Source: Phoronis australis
Lineage: Eukaryota; Animalia; Phoronida
Assembly (NCBI GenBank): GCA_002633005.1
Contig: NMRA01001011.1
Span: forward strand, 13,990 to 55,148
Reading direction: 5' to 3'
Length of the DNA stretch: 41,159 nucleotides
The position numbers were made by a program, and so were the translations under genes. Each line of letters opens with the position of its first letter. Position 1 is the stretch's first letter. Positions 10,827 through 23,131 of this stretch are shown here, one piece after another. Below the pieces are notes generated by a model, which was not told the DNA's origin, searched no databases, and saw only the letters and a program-made list of their open reading frames with translations.

Positions 10827-13800
10827 TGTAGGCCTATATTTCAAATGTTATGAAAATCCCTTGAGGGCCTTTGAATATAATGAATGTAAAAAACTAAAGT
10901 TGATACTAGGGTCACACCAGTAGTCAGATCCGTCCAAAAGTTGTCGTATGTTGTCAACTTTATAACAATGCACTTGCTAAATTTAGTGAAGATCCTGCAA
11001 GTGGATTAGGAGATATAACCATGAGTGTAAAAAACGAACCTGCCACCAGGGGGTACAACAGAAGTCAAAGTCGTTGAAAAATCATCATGAAAAGCCTTCT
11101 TCATAGTAAGAGTACATACGTCAATTTTCAAAATCATCCTTAGATAGAGGGTGAACTCAAAACAGCAAAATGACAACTAAGGTGGCGCAAAATACCTCGA
11201 TTCCATCCGAAAACGGGATGATAGGGTCATCTCACTAATAGATGCCTATATTCCAAATTTTATGAAAATCTGTTCAGAACTTTGATGACACAGAGGTAAA
11301 TATAAAAAATTAAAATTGCCACTAGGGGGCACACCGATAGACAGATCTATCGAAGTTGTGTTGTCAACATCATATGAATATACTCGCTAAATTTAGTAGA
11401 GATCCTGCAAATGATTTAGGAGATATACCGGTAGGCATGACCACAAACAAAACGTAACTGCCACTAGAGGGCACAAAAGAAGTTAGTCATCGAAAAATCA
11501 TCATGAACCGTCCTCTTCATAGTAAAAACATATATGCAAATTTTCAAAATCATCCTAAGAATACTTTGCTTGATAGAAGGTGAACTCAAAAACAGCAAAA
11601 TGGACACTAAGTGGCACAAAATACCTTGATTCCATCCAAAAACGGGACGCTATCATCTATATTCCAAATTTTATAAATCTCTTAAGAAGCTTTGAAGACA
11701 CAGAGGTTAATATGAAAAATTAAAATTGCCACAAGGGGTCACTCTGGCAGTCAGATCCGTCCAAAAGTCGTGGTCATCTGTTGTCAACATCATATGAATA
11801 TACTTGCAAAATTTAGTACAGATCCTGTAAATGGTTTAGGATACAAAGACATAAGCGCAATAAAAAACAAAACTGTCAATAGGAGGCTCAAAGTAGTCAA
11901 AGATATCGGAAAATCATCACGAGCCGTCTTCTTCAGAGTAGAAACATACATGCCAATTTTCACAATCATCCTTAGAGTCGTTGATAGAGGAGTGGACACC
12001 AAAGAACAGACTCGAAAACAGTAACAAAAGCAATGCACAGTGTCGAATTGCACCCACGACTGCAACGCAAACCATGTGCTTCTAGAGTTGTTTATTTCTA
12101 TCATAAAAATGGCCACTAGATGGGCCAAAACGTCCAATCCATCTAGAAACAGAACATACCATCGCTTCTTTAATAGAGAGCTATTTACCAAATTTCATAA
12201 GAATCTGTCAAGGAACTTCAGAGAAAGAAAGGAAAATTGCTACAAGGGGGCAAAGCGTCCACTGAAAGTTGTCGTCTATTGTTAACTTCATATGAATACG
12301 CTTACTAGTTCAATAAAGATCCTTCCGCGGGTTTAGAATTTACACCTATTGGCGTAAAAAAAAATACCACTAGGAGGCGCTACGATATTCAAAGTTGTCA
12401 TCATCAAGTGTCCTTCCATCACACTGAGAACATAAACGCCAATTTTCAAAATCATCCTTAGAATGGTTTGGTTGATGGGGAGGTGGACACTAAAAACAGA
12501 CTTGAAAACAGTAGAAATGGCCACTAGGTGGCGCAAAATACGCCGAATCCATCCGAAAATGGTAAGATAGCGTGATCTCAACAATAGATGTCTATATCCC
12601 AAATTTAATGAAAATCTGTACAGGACAATGTTAGTCAGATCCACGCGAAAGTTAACATCATGTAAAAACTTGCTAGGTTTAGTAAATATCCTGCAAACGA
12701 CTTAGGACATACTGCTATGGGCGCAAAAAACAAAACTGCCACTAGGAGGCGCCACAGTGGTCGAAGTTGTGACAAAATCATCGCGAGCCGTCCCCTTCAT
12801 AGTAAGAACATTCATGCATATTTTCAGGATCATCCTTAGAATGGTTTGGTTGATAGAAGGGTGGACGCCAAAAAATATACTCGAAAACAGTAAAAATGGC
12901 CACTAGATGGTACAAACTACATCGAATCCATCCAAAAACAAGAGACATTCGTTGTCTCACTAATAGATGCCTGTATACCAAATTATGTGAAAATACATTG
13001 AGGACCTCCGAAGATACTGAGGTGAGCGTAAAAAAATACAAGAGCAACGCGGAGTGTTGAGATGCGCCCACGAATGCATCACAAATGGTTTGCTTATAGG
13101 GTTATTTATTTGTATCATAAAAATGGCCACTAGATGTCGCAAAAACGTACACTCCATCCAAAAACGGGATCATGCCATATTTCATAAAATCTGTCAAGGA
13201 ACTTCAGAGAAACGAAGGAAAACAGAACAAAATGAAATTGCCACTTGTAGGTACAGTGTCCGTTTGATCCGCGTGACAGGCATCGTCTGTTATCTTCATA
13301 AAAATTCACTAACTAAATTTAATAATGATCCAAACGCCCTCTTCACACTGAAAACATTTAGGCCAATATTCAAAACCATCCCCAGAATGATTTGGTTGAT
13401 CGAGGAGTGGACGCCAAAAACAAGATTTGAAAACAGCAAAATGGCCACCAGGTGGTGCAAAATACCTCAATTTCATACAAAAACAGGATGATAGCGTCAT
13501 CTCACGAATAGATGCCTACATTCAAGTATTCAAAATTTGATGAAAATCTGATGAGGATCGACCTTTGAAGATACAGACTGGTGAACATAAAAAACTAAAA
13601 TTGGCATTAGGGGACACACCAAAAGTTAAATCTGTTTTAAAGTCGTCATCGTCCATTGTCAACATCATATAAATAATACACTTGCTAATTTAAGTCAAGA
13701 TCCTGCATATGGTTTACGAGATACGGCGATGAGCGCAAAAAAACAAAACTGCCACTAGGAGCTGCCACAGTAGTCGAACTCGTTGTAAAATTATCGTCAG

Positions 13801-14682
13801 CCATCCACTTCATAGTAGAAACATACATGCTAGTTTTCACAATTGGCTGAAAGCGGTTTGGTTGATAGACAAGTGAACGACAAAAAACATACTTGAAAAC
13901 AGTACAAGTGGCCACTAGGTGGCGCAAACTAGGTCAAATCCATCTGAAAACAGAGATAGTGTCGCCTCATTAACAGATGCCTGTATGCCAAACTTTATGA
14001 GAATACGTTGAGGACCTTTGAGCATACAGAGGTGAACGTAAAAAGATGAAATTGCCACTAGGTGGCACACACCAAAAGTTAGATCTGTTCGAAAGTCGTT
14101 GCCGTCCGTTGTCAACAACACATAAATACACTTACTAAATTTAATAAAGATCTTTTGAACGGTTTAGAAGATACAGCCATATGCGCAAAAAAAACAACTA
14201 GGAGGCGCCACAGTAGTCGAAATAGTCGGAAAATCATTGTCAGTCGTCCACTTGATAGTCACAACATACGTGCCAATTTCCACAATCATCCTTCGTGTGG
14301 TTTGTTTGATAGAGGGGTGGATGCAAAAAACGACTCGAAAACAGTAAAAATGGCCACTAGGTGGCGCAAACTACATTGAATCTATCTGAAAATGGGAGGA
14401 CAGCATCACCTCACTAATAGGTGCCTATATACCAAATTTTGTGAAAATCCGATAAGGATTTTTAAGATATAGAGGTAAACTTAAAAAACTAAAATTGCCA
14501 ATAAGGGGCACACCGGTAGTTAAATCAGTGAGAAAGTTCGCTCATACCGTTCCATCTACGGTAGGAACACATGTAAAAAAACTTCATGAAGATACGTCAA
14601 GACGTTTTAGAGACAGAGAAGCGGACGCTGTATGCCGGAGGAAGGCCGGCCAGATGAATAGACGGACGGAGATGACAGCATA

Positions 14683-14717
14683 ATGCGTCCACATATCAAT
14701 ATGTGGGCGCATAAAAA
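14683..14717 (+). other. Terminal stem-loop + A-tract of HINE/pearl-like element (representative copy)
   Basis: atgcgtccacatat-ca-atatgtgggcgcat forms a 14-bp stem (one G-T) followed by aaaaa and preceded by gacggacgga. Related copies at ~3492, 9952, 10729, 15211, 18970, 27802 and 33084 (array end). Confidence 0.7.
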
Positions 14718-16171
14718 TGGCCACAAGGTGGCGCAAACTACATTGAATACATCCAAAAATGGCATGACAGCGTCATCTCCCTAATAGGTGCCTATATACC
14801 AAATTTTACAAAAATCCGTTCAGGACTTTTGAAGATACACAGGTAAACGTAAAAACTAAAATTGCCACTAGGGGGCACACCTGTAGTCAGATTCGTTCAA
14901 AAGTTTGCTCATGCCGTTCCATTCACGAAAGGGACAGATGCGCAAAATTTCATGAACATATGTCAAGGCATTTTGGAGATAGAGCAGCGGAAGCCGGACG
15001 GAAGGACACATATAATATGTGGGCGCATAAAAATTGCCACTAGGGGACACACCCGTAGTCAGAGAGGTACGAAATTTGTCGTCATCTGTTGTCAGCTTCA
15101 TAGAAACACATCTGTCAAATCTCATCAAGATCCTGCCAAAGGTTTAGGAGATACAGCTGCGGACGCCGGACGTTGCACACCTGGACGCCCAGACAGAGAT
15201 GATGGCAATATGCGACCACATATAATTATGTGGGTGTATAAAAATGGCCACTAGGTGGTGCAAAATACCTCGAACCCATCCAAAAACAAAAGAATAGCGT
15301 CATCTCAATAATACATGCCTATCTGCCAAGTTTTATGAAAATCGGTTGAGCACCTTTGAAGATACAAAGGAAAACGTAAAAAACTATGATTTACAACAGG
15401 AGGCGCCACAGTAGTCAAAGCGGTCATCGTCAACCGTCCTATTGATACTAACAACCTAAATGCCAATTTCCAAATTCAATTAAAAATAGTTTGATTGATA
15501 GAGAGGCAGAGAGCAAAAATTGCCACTAGGTGGGGCAGCATATCTCATCCATCCGAAAATAAGATAGCATCATCTCACCGGTGGCCTATATTTCAAATGT
15601 TATGAAAATCCGTTGAGGACCTTTGAATATAATGAATGTAAAAAACTAAAGTTGATACTAGGGTCACACCAGTAGTCAGATCCGTCCAAAAGTTGTCGTA
15701 TGTCATAACAATGCATTTGCTACATTTAATGAAGATCCTGCAAGTGGTTTAGGAGATATAGCAATGAGCGTAAAAAACGAACCTGCCACCTGAGGGTACA
15801 ACAGAATTCAAGTCGTCGAAAAATTATCATGAAAGTCTTCTTCATAGTAAGAGTATATACGTCAATTTTCAAAATAATCTTTAGATGGAGGGTGAAACAG
15901 CAAAATGACCACTAAGGTGGTGCAAAATACCTCGATTCCATCTGAAAACGGGATGATAGCGTCATCTCACTAATAGATGCCTACATTCCAAATTTTATGA
16001 AAATCTGTTCAGAACCTTTGATGACACAGAGGTAAATATAAAAAATCAAAATTGCCACTAGGGGGCACACCGATAGACAGATCTATCGAAGTCGTGGTCG
16101 TCTGTTGTCAACATCATATGAATATACTCGCTAAATTTAGTAGAAATCCTGCAAATGATTTAGGAGATATA

Positions 16172-17678
16172 CCGTATTCGCCGTAATAACCGCCCAGGAC
16201 GCATAGAAAAATTAGTTTCAGGGGGGCGCTTATTATAACCCAAGGCTGTTGAAACCCGGTCTCCGAAACGGGTGAAATCATAAGCTAAGATTCATTATAA
16301 TTACGCTCTGTGACGTATCTTTATTCTATGAAAGGCATTCTACAAAACCGTGGTGCATTGCTATCAAACTTTGCTGCTATATTACGATCATTTTACAGAA
16401 AATTGTGCTGAAATCCCAGGGCGACAACTCGTCGACTGCATGCCTCGCAATCCACAATATGGCGACTTAAATGCTTGAATAAAAATACAGTTTCGACTCA
16501 AGCAAATTACCTGAAATCCTCCTTAAGGTTTCCAAGTTTGGCGTCCCCAAGATTTTTACGTTCCCGTGGAGTCGGGATCACGGCAGGTTTAAGAACAAAT
16601 CTGTGCTGATATCGTGCCATCTACATGTATGACAGGCAACATGAGAAAATGTCTGGAGGAACACATGTTGTTGTCACGCGATGTTTGTTTTAAAATTGTC
16701 TGCGTTTGTGAGTAAGCGAGCGCGTGCGTGTCACCAGAGTTCATTTGCCAGAGCAGAGACCGTCTTTTGTCCAGAGCCACGCAATCTAACGAACTCGATG
16801 AGCATTGTATCTACAGAAATTTGCACAAGCAGTAGCCCTAAGCCAGAGCGTGTTTCATTTAGCACTTGCCGGTCTCATGTGCTAAAAACATTGGTCTCGG
16901 TAAGGCCATATTAGTCGTCATGAGGCTGGATGTGTATGTGACTATCTGACAGTTATTTTTCGGTGTAAGGGTGTGTAAGCATTCACTGTCAGTGGTTATT
17001 TTATCGGACAAAAACACCAATTATGGTTAATCAAACAATTTGTTTTAAAAATAACGCAAACAATTTTTATAGTATGAGAAACTGTCGGAAATTAGATCCA
17101 ACATTCATTTCTTGCTGATGCTATGCTACCCGTTTCATGAATGGATAGTTCCCGACTAATGCCTTTGCTGATATGTTCATGTATGTAGTGCGTGGTTCCT
17201 GGCCACGTGTTTTTAACACTGGCCAAGCTGTTTATTAGTCTTTGATTCGCAGTTTTCACGTGTAGGCCTACAAAGAAACATGGATTCCTGTTGAAAGCGG
17301 GAAATATCTACAAAGCAATCCCGTAGACAAGTAAACTTCTTCTATTTTGAAAGCAGGCCACACCATTGGTCCTTGCAATAACACACAGCACACTTTTGTG
17401 TTTATTTTGAGGAATGGCGTAAGTTTGAAGTGTATAGTCACCGCTAAATACCGACATAACGGCGAGGCTCGTGGTCTACAAATTCTGGGCACAATGATTT
17501 TTTCAGAACTATCGGATATTATTGATAAATTGAAGACTTTACTTAGAATTTTAGGACTGCAGGTAAGGCATTTTTCGCACGTAATTGTTCATGGACTGGG
17601 CGCATATTTTAGGAAAGTCTGAAAACGCGTGGGGGGGGGCGCTTATAGGGGCATGGACGGTTATTACGGTGAATACGG
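16172..17678. mobile_element. Non-autonomous Tc1/mariner-pogo-like element, 1507 bp, TA TSD
   Basis: TIRs CCGTATTCGCCGTAATAACCG ... CGGTTATTACGGTGAATACGG flanked by TA (16170-71, 17679-80). The array sequence resumes in register (ggagata|TA...TA|ggcatga). No long ORF. Confidence 0.9.
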
Positions 17679-19242
17679 TAGGCATGAGCACAAACAAAAC
17701 GTAACTGACACTTGGGGGCACAACAGAAGATAGTCATCGAAAAATCATCATGAACCGTCCTCTTCACAGTAAAAACAATTTTGAAAATCATCCTTAGAAT
17801 GCTTTGCTTGACAGAAGGTGAACTCAAAAACAACAAAATGGCCACTAGGTGGCGCAAAAAACCTTGATTCCATCCAAAAACAGGAGGACAGCGTCATCTC
17901 ACCTATAGATGCCCATATTCAAAATTTCATGAAAATCTAAAATTGCCAGCTGGGGGCACACCAATAGTCAGATCCATCCCAAAATTGCCGTCGTCTCTTG
18001 TCAACATCATATAAACACACTTGTTAAATTTAGGAAAGATCCTGCAAATGGTTTAGGAGATAGTCAGCCATAAGCACAGTAACGAAACTGCCACTAGGAG
18101 GCGCCACAGTAGTCGAAGTCATCGGAAAATCATCGTCAGCCGTCCACTTCATAGCAAGAACATGCCAATTTTCACTATCAGGCTTAGAGCGGTTTGGTTG
18201 AAAGAGGGGTGGATGCTAAAAAACAAACTCGAAAACATTAAAAATGGCCACTAGGTGGTGCAAACTACTTCACATCCACCTGAAAACAAAAAGATAGCCT
18301 CACCTTACTAACAAAAGCCTGTATACGAAATAGTATGAAATTACGTTGAGGACCTTTGAAGATACAGAGGTAAACATAAACAAATAAAATTACCACTAGG
18401 TGACACACCAGTAGTCAGATCTGTCTGAAAGTTGTTGTCGTTGTCTGTTGTCAACATCATATAAATTCAATTATTAAATTTAGTAAAGATCCTGCAAACA
18501 GTTTAGGAGATATAGCCATAGGCGCAAAAGAAAAACAAAACTGCCAATAGGGGGCACCACAGGAATCAAAAATGTCAGAAAATCAGGGTCAGAGCTGTTT
18601 GGTTGATGGAGGGGTAGATGCTAAAAAGACTCGAAAACAGTAAAAATGGCCACTAGGTGGCGCAAACTATGTCGAATCCATGCGAAAACTAGATGCTATC
18701 GTCGTGTCTTCAACAGATGCCGGTATACCAAATTTTGTGAAAATACATTGAGGACGTCCCAAGATACAGAGATGAGCATAAAAAACTAAAATTGCCAATA
18801 GGGGACACACCCGTAGTCGGAGAGGTCCGAAAATTGTCGTCATCTGTCGTTAGCTTGATAAGAACAGATCTGCCAATATCTCATCAAGATCCTGCCAGAG
18901 GTTTAGGAGATACAGCTGCGGACGCCGGACGTTGCACACCTGGACGCCCAGACAGAGATGATGGCAATATGCGACCACATATAATTATGTGGGCGCACAA
19001 AAATGGCCACTAGGTGGTGCAAAATACCTCGAACCCATCCGAAAACAGAAGGATAGTGTCATCTCAATAATACATGCCTAGATGCCAAGTTTTATGAAAA
19101 TCAGTTGAGGACCATTGAAGATACAAAGGTAAACGTAAAAAACTACAATTGACACTAGGGGGCGCAACTGTACTCCGATCGATGCGAAAGTCGTCGTCAT
19201 TCCATGTCAACATCATATAAATATACTTACTACATTTCAGAA

Positions 19243-19357
19243 AGTTCCATACTATTCTGTAGTAAACAAATTTATTTAACTCAGGGGTCATGCGAATCAA
19301 ACATAAGAACAAAACAAAACAATACAACCGAAAACATTGTCAGTCTACATTCTGACA
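19243..19357 (-). repeat. Truncated 3' LTR (first ~115 bp only)
   Basis: Aligns by eye to 23005-23131 with substitutions and an indel. Array sequence (catcatataaatatacttactacattt) abuts on the left. Confidence 0.85.
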
Positions 19358-19448
19358 ACACACCCCTGCCAAAGAGGAAATTACTCTATAATTTTCTAAC
19401 ACAAAATCATCTGGCACATCTATACATAATCTACTGCTGTATCCGCCG

Positions 19449-21340
19449 CTAAAGTGCTCCCTGACTTACAGGCCCTGCTACCCGACTTAAGTAGTCTGCA
19501 CTGAAAGTGATGAACAGCGAACACTCTTTCTCTTCAGTGAAGTAATGCCGCTCACTGTATTTAAGCTATTGCGTTTGTGGTACGCCATCAACAGATTGGC
19601 ATGAAAGATCTTAATCCTGCCGTTCATGTTGATTCTGTAGTCCATACAGCTGACTTTTTCTTTAACCTTGTAAGGCCCCATCCACTGCAGTGTAAGTTTG
19701 TTTTGGTCTGTGGGAAGTAATACCAACACTCTTTGTCCCAATTGAAACTGCCTATCTCTGGCCTTCTCGTCGTAGTAATGCTTGTGAATACCTTATGCTT
19801 TATACAAGCTTTTTTTAGCCAACTCGCAGGTCTCCTCTAAGCGGTTCCTGAGCTCGAAGACATAATGGTAAGTATTTCGGACTTCGTTGCTGTCTTCCCC
19901 TGTCCAGAATTCGCTCAGTATTTGCATCGGACCTGCTGTATAAACTCCTGTGCTTGATTGTGGGACTTCCCGGTAAGCAAACAAGACAGCTGGCAGATAC
20001 CGGTCCCAATCCTTTGGTCTTTCTTGACACATCTTCTTCAGTATGGCTTTTAGAACACCGTTGATTCTTTCACAGAGCCCGTTACAGCGTGGATTGTAAC
20101 GAGTCGTGTACAGCTGCTGTGCACTCACAAGCCTGCTGACCTCCTTCATCAGTTCCGCTGTGAACTGCGTTCCACTGTGAACTGCGTTCCACAATCACTC
20201 AGGATCTCTCATGGGAACCCTACTCTACTGAAGACTTCTAATAATGCTTCAGCCACGCGCTCTGTCTCAATCTTTGGTAGCACCACTGCTTCCGGGTATC
20301 TGGTAGAGAAATCTACCATCGTGAGAATTTATCCGTTTCCCTCGTCAGAAACTGGAGCTATTGGACAAATCAGATCGATCTCGATCCTTTTGAAAGGCTC
20401 CTCCATCAAAGGCATCTCTCCCAAAGGTACTTTGGTCACTCGACCTTTCAGGATTGTCTTCTGACAGATGTCGCATGATCTGCAGAATCGGGTCTCCTGG
20501 CCAATAGAAATTGCTGGTGATATGGTCAGTTATCTTCCTAACACCGAGGTGTCCACCGAGTATAGACTCATGAGCAAGCCTCATCACGGACTTCCGTAAA
20601 CTGCTCGGCACTACAACTTGTTTCACCTCGTCACTGTCTTTCTATAGAGTATTCCCTGCTGAACCTCCATCATGTATGACCCCTTGCCTTTGGTCTGTCG
20701 CTGAACTTTGGCTTCAGCTTGCTCCCATAACTTTTTCATTGATGAATATTCATGCTGGGCTTCCTTGAACTGCTTTAGTCCCACCTCTTGTACGGTCGGG
20801 GACACAGCTAATGGTTTAATGTCTGACTTTTGTCCCTCTGCATGATTCCTGGTAGTCACTGCTACCGCTTCCCTGCTGGATTCATCAGGATCTGTTCCTA
20901 CTGACATGTCAGCCACCTTTTCTCTCTCTGGAGTTGAGGTCACTGGGTTCTCCTCTTGGGAAGTAGTAACCTTCTGAGTCATCTTTCGGACCCTCCACAA
21001 GGCTATTGCCTGTATTGTCCTCGTTGGCACTTGTTGCTCCCTGCTGTTGCTCAACATCGCCTGGGCCCAAGGCGCCAGGCACGTCCCGAAAATCAAATTG
21101 GCCACTGGATGACCCATGCACATCGCAAACACTTCTGTGTAGTATGGTGTCTTGATGTTGATCTTTGCGACAGGCAGCCATCTCTTGATTGAGTCCACCA
21201 ACTCGCATGACCACTTCCGGCGGGTCATATCTCCTGGTTCGACTAGACTGGATCAAATCACGATGGTTGTGCAGCCTGTGTCTCTCAACACTGAGACCTT
21301 CTTTGTTCCAACATAACCCTCCTTCAGATGCAGCTTTCCT
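19449..21340 (-). pseudogene. pol: Disrupted pol: aspartic protease, integrase (HHCC, DDE core, GPY/F) and residual RNase H tail
   Basis: Protease VLRDTGCTT (DTG at 21274-21282). Integrase LAHESILGGHLG...FYWPG, GTQF...NGLCERINGVLK...WDRYLPAVLFAYREVPQSSTG, and KLTLQWMGPYKV. Then ADYLSR (19482-19499) and a stop at 19449. Multiple frameshifts, including a 17-bp duplication at 20158-20191. Confidence 0.9.
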
Positions 21341-21395
21341 TTGAAGGCACTTCAGGGTTAGCACGCTTCACCGACTCCTCCTTATTCTGGGAACC

Positions 21396-22400
21396 TCAGT
21401 GGGTAACCGCTGCTGACTTTTGGTGTGGCATCCCTTGTGTCCGCTTTAGACAGTCTCTAGCCAGGTGTACAGTTTTGTGACAAAAGAAACACCTTTCCTC
21501 TGCAAGGTCAGTTTTCTTCTTGTCGACTTTCTGCAAGGTGCCTGTCCTGACTGGTCGTTCTTGGGACTCTTTCGACTGAGTGCACGTTATATCCATTCCA
21601 TACGCCTCAATATATCTCTCTGCCAAGCCAACCATCTCGGGAACAGACTTGGGTGTCCGCTCTCGCAGAAACAAGGCCAAGTCCTTCGTACAGGTGTTCG
21701 TGTACTGCTCACGCACTAACAGGTCTCTCAACTAAACAAAGTCCTTGCCACAGTCGGACATGTCGATCCACCTGTCTAGGTAGCGCTGTATACGGGCCAC
21801 AAACTGGTAAGCTGTCTCACCCCTCTCAGCCCTCGCTTCCCGGAACTGTTTGCGAAAACCCTCTTCAGTCAGTTCGAAACGCTTCAGCTAGGCTCTCTTG
21901 AGTGTAGCATAGTCTAGTGCATCAGCCACTGGGAGGCTGGTATAAGCCTGCAGGCCCTTACCTGTTAACAGAGGACTGAGACTAATTGCCCATTCATTCT
22001 GGATCCAACCCTGGCTCTCTGCATATCTTTCAAACCCTTCTAGGAAGTTGTCCATATCATCTTGCTTTTCAAACTAGGGTAACTTTGGTTTCACACCACC
22101 AGTTGATCTAACATGGCTACCCTCCGCTGCAACCTGTTCAGCTTTCAGTGCTGCTAGCACCCTCTTGTGTTCCATTCTTTCTCTTTCCATCTGCTGTTCG
22201 GCCTCTCGCACCCTTTCTTCAGCCTCACGAGCTTGCCTTCTTTCCTCGGCCTCACGAGCTTGCCTTCTCTCCTCTGCCTCAGCTTCAGCACGAGCCTCAG
22301 CTTGTTGTTTTTCAAACGAACTGTCTGAGGTTGTCTCCCTGCAGACCCACTTCTTGTCCGAGGGCCATCAACTCCCTTAGTTGAGATCTTGTTTTCATAG
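21396..22400 (-). pseudogene. gag: Gmr1-type gag (coiled-coil repeats, SCAN-like capsid C-terminal region, CCHC zinc knuckle), disrupted
   Basis: Hand translation gives ...KPKLP*FEKQDDMDNFLEGFERYAESQGW...LLTGKGLQAY...LKRFELTEEGFRKQFR...LRDLLVREQYTNTCTKDLALFLRERTPK...LAERY...CFFCHKTVHLARDC, with in-frame stops and frameshifts. Confidence 0.9.
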
Positions 22401-22457
22401 TAAGTTGCTAATTCCAACTGTCCACTTTATCACACCTTGTTACCGTCAGTAAAATAT

Positions 22458-22471
22458 TGGCGGGCTCACCA
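22458..22471 (-). promoter_or_regulatory. Candidate primer-binding site TGGTGAGCCCGCCA (resembles tRNA-Arg(ACG)-type PBS)
   Basis: TGG-initial motif between the LTR and gag, similar to the recalled PBS TGGCGAGCCAGCCA. Confidence 0.45.
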
Positions 22472-22473
22472 AT

Positions 22474-23131
22474 TCTCATGTTTTCTCTTCGTTTGTGGGT
22501 GGGCGCAGGTTGTTACAGTCCCATGCTAATAGCTTTCGGTGCGATGATAGACTGAAGACTGGTTCGAGTTAATCCTTTATTAATACCGACCGTACGTTCA
22601 CAAGCCTACTCAAACAAAACATCTGACGTAATGTCTGTTCTATGCTCAAGCCAGTGCTGCAAAGACTTGACTTGTGATGAACTTCTCAGACATGTTCAGC
22701 AACTGTTACACTCGTCAATTCAATAACCTGCTGTCTCTATAACTGGCTCTCTATTGACTATGGCTGTAACTGCTGATTCTCTTCATTGCAACTCAACTGT
22801 AATTTTCCTGATTAACTTTCTTAAACTGACCGATTAACTGACTAACACACTAACACGTGCTTGTGTATTTATAGCCTAGTGCATTGTTCTAGAACTTTTC
22901 CTCAATTCAAACACAGTCTATAAATTTCCTGAAACTACCCAATCATTCTACAGACATGTACTAATCTCTAGAACATTCCAGAGTGCATTGATCACTGTCA
23001 TGCTAGTTCTATACTATTCTGTAGTAAACAATTTACATCACAACTGTACTAAACTCAGGGGTTATGCCAATCAAACATAACAACAAAACAAAACAATACA
23101 ACCAAAAACATTGTCAGTCTACATTCTGACA
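22474..23131 (-). repeat. 5' LTR (~660 bp)
   Basis: Starts TGTCAG on the minus strand, with TATAAA at 22868-22873 and AATAAA at 22576-22581. The end is inferred at 22474 (TGAGA, probably mutated TGACA, 2 nt before the PBS-like TGG); the alternative end is TGTAACA at 22511. Confidence 0.75.

Larger units (their letters stand above)
19243..23131 (-). mobile_element. Decayed Gmr1-like Ty3/Gypsy LTR retrotransposon (gag-PR-IN, RT/RH internally deleted; 3' LTR truncated)
   Basis: Two LTR copies both end ...cattgtcagtctacattctgaca on the + strand (19357 and 23131). PPT-like ggcaggggtgtgt abuts the 3' LTR on the minus strand. Gag, protease and integrase motifs lie in between. Confidence 0.93.

Noticed and set aside
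16589-17622. Transposase ORF inside the TA element (also 25866-26666)
   Set aside because: Only short ORFs, with no recognisable DDE/D or HTH motif.
335-19013. Many 60-150 aa ORFs with recurring peptides (e.g. RHLVAIF, MATRW, LRMILKIG)
   Set aside because: They are translations of satellite monomers. They occur on both strands in shifting frames and have no recognisable domain.
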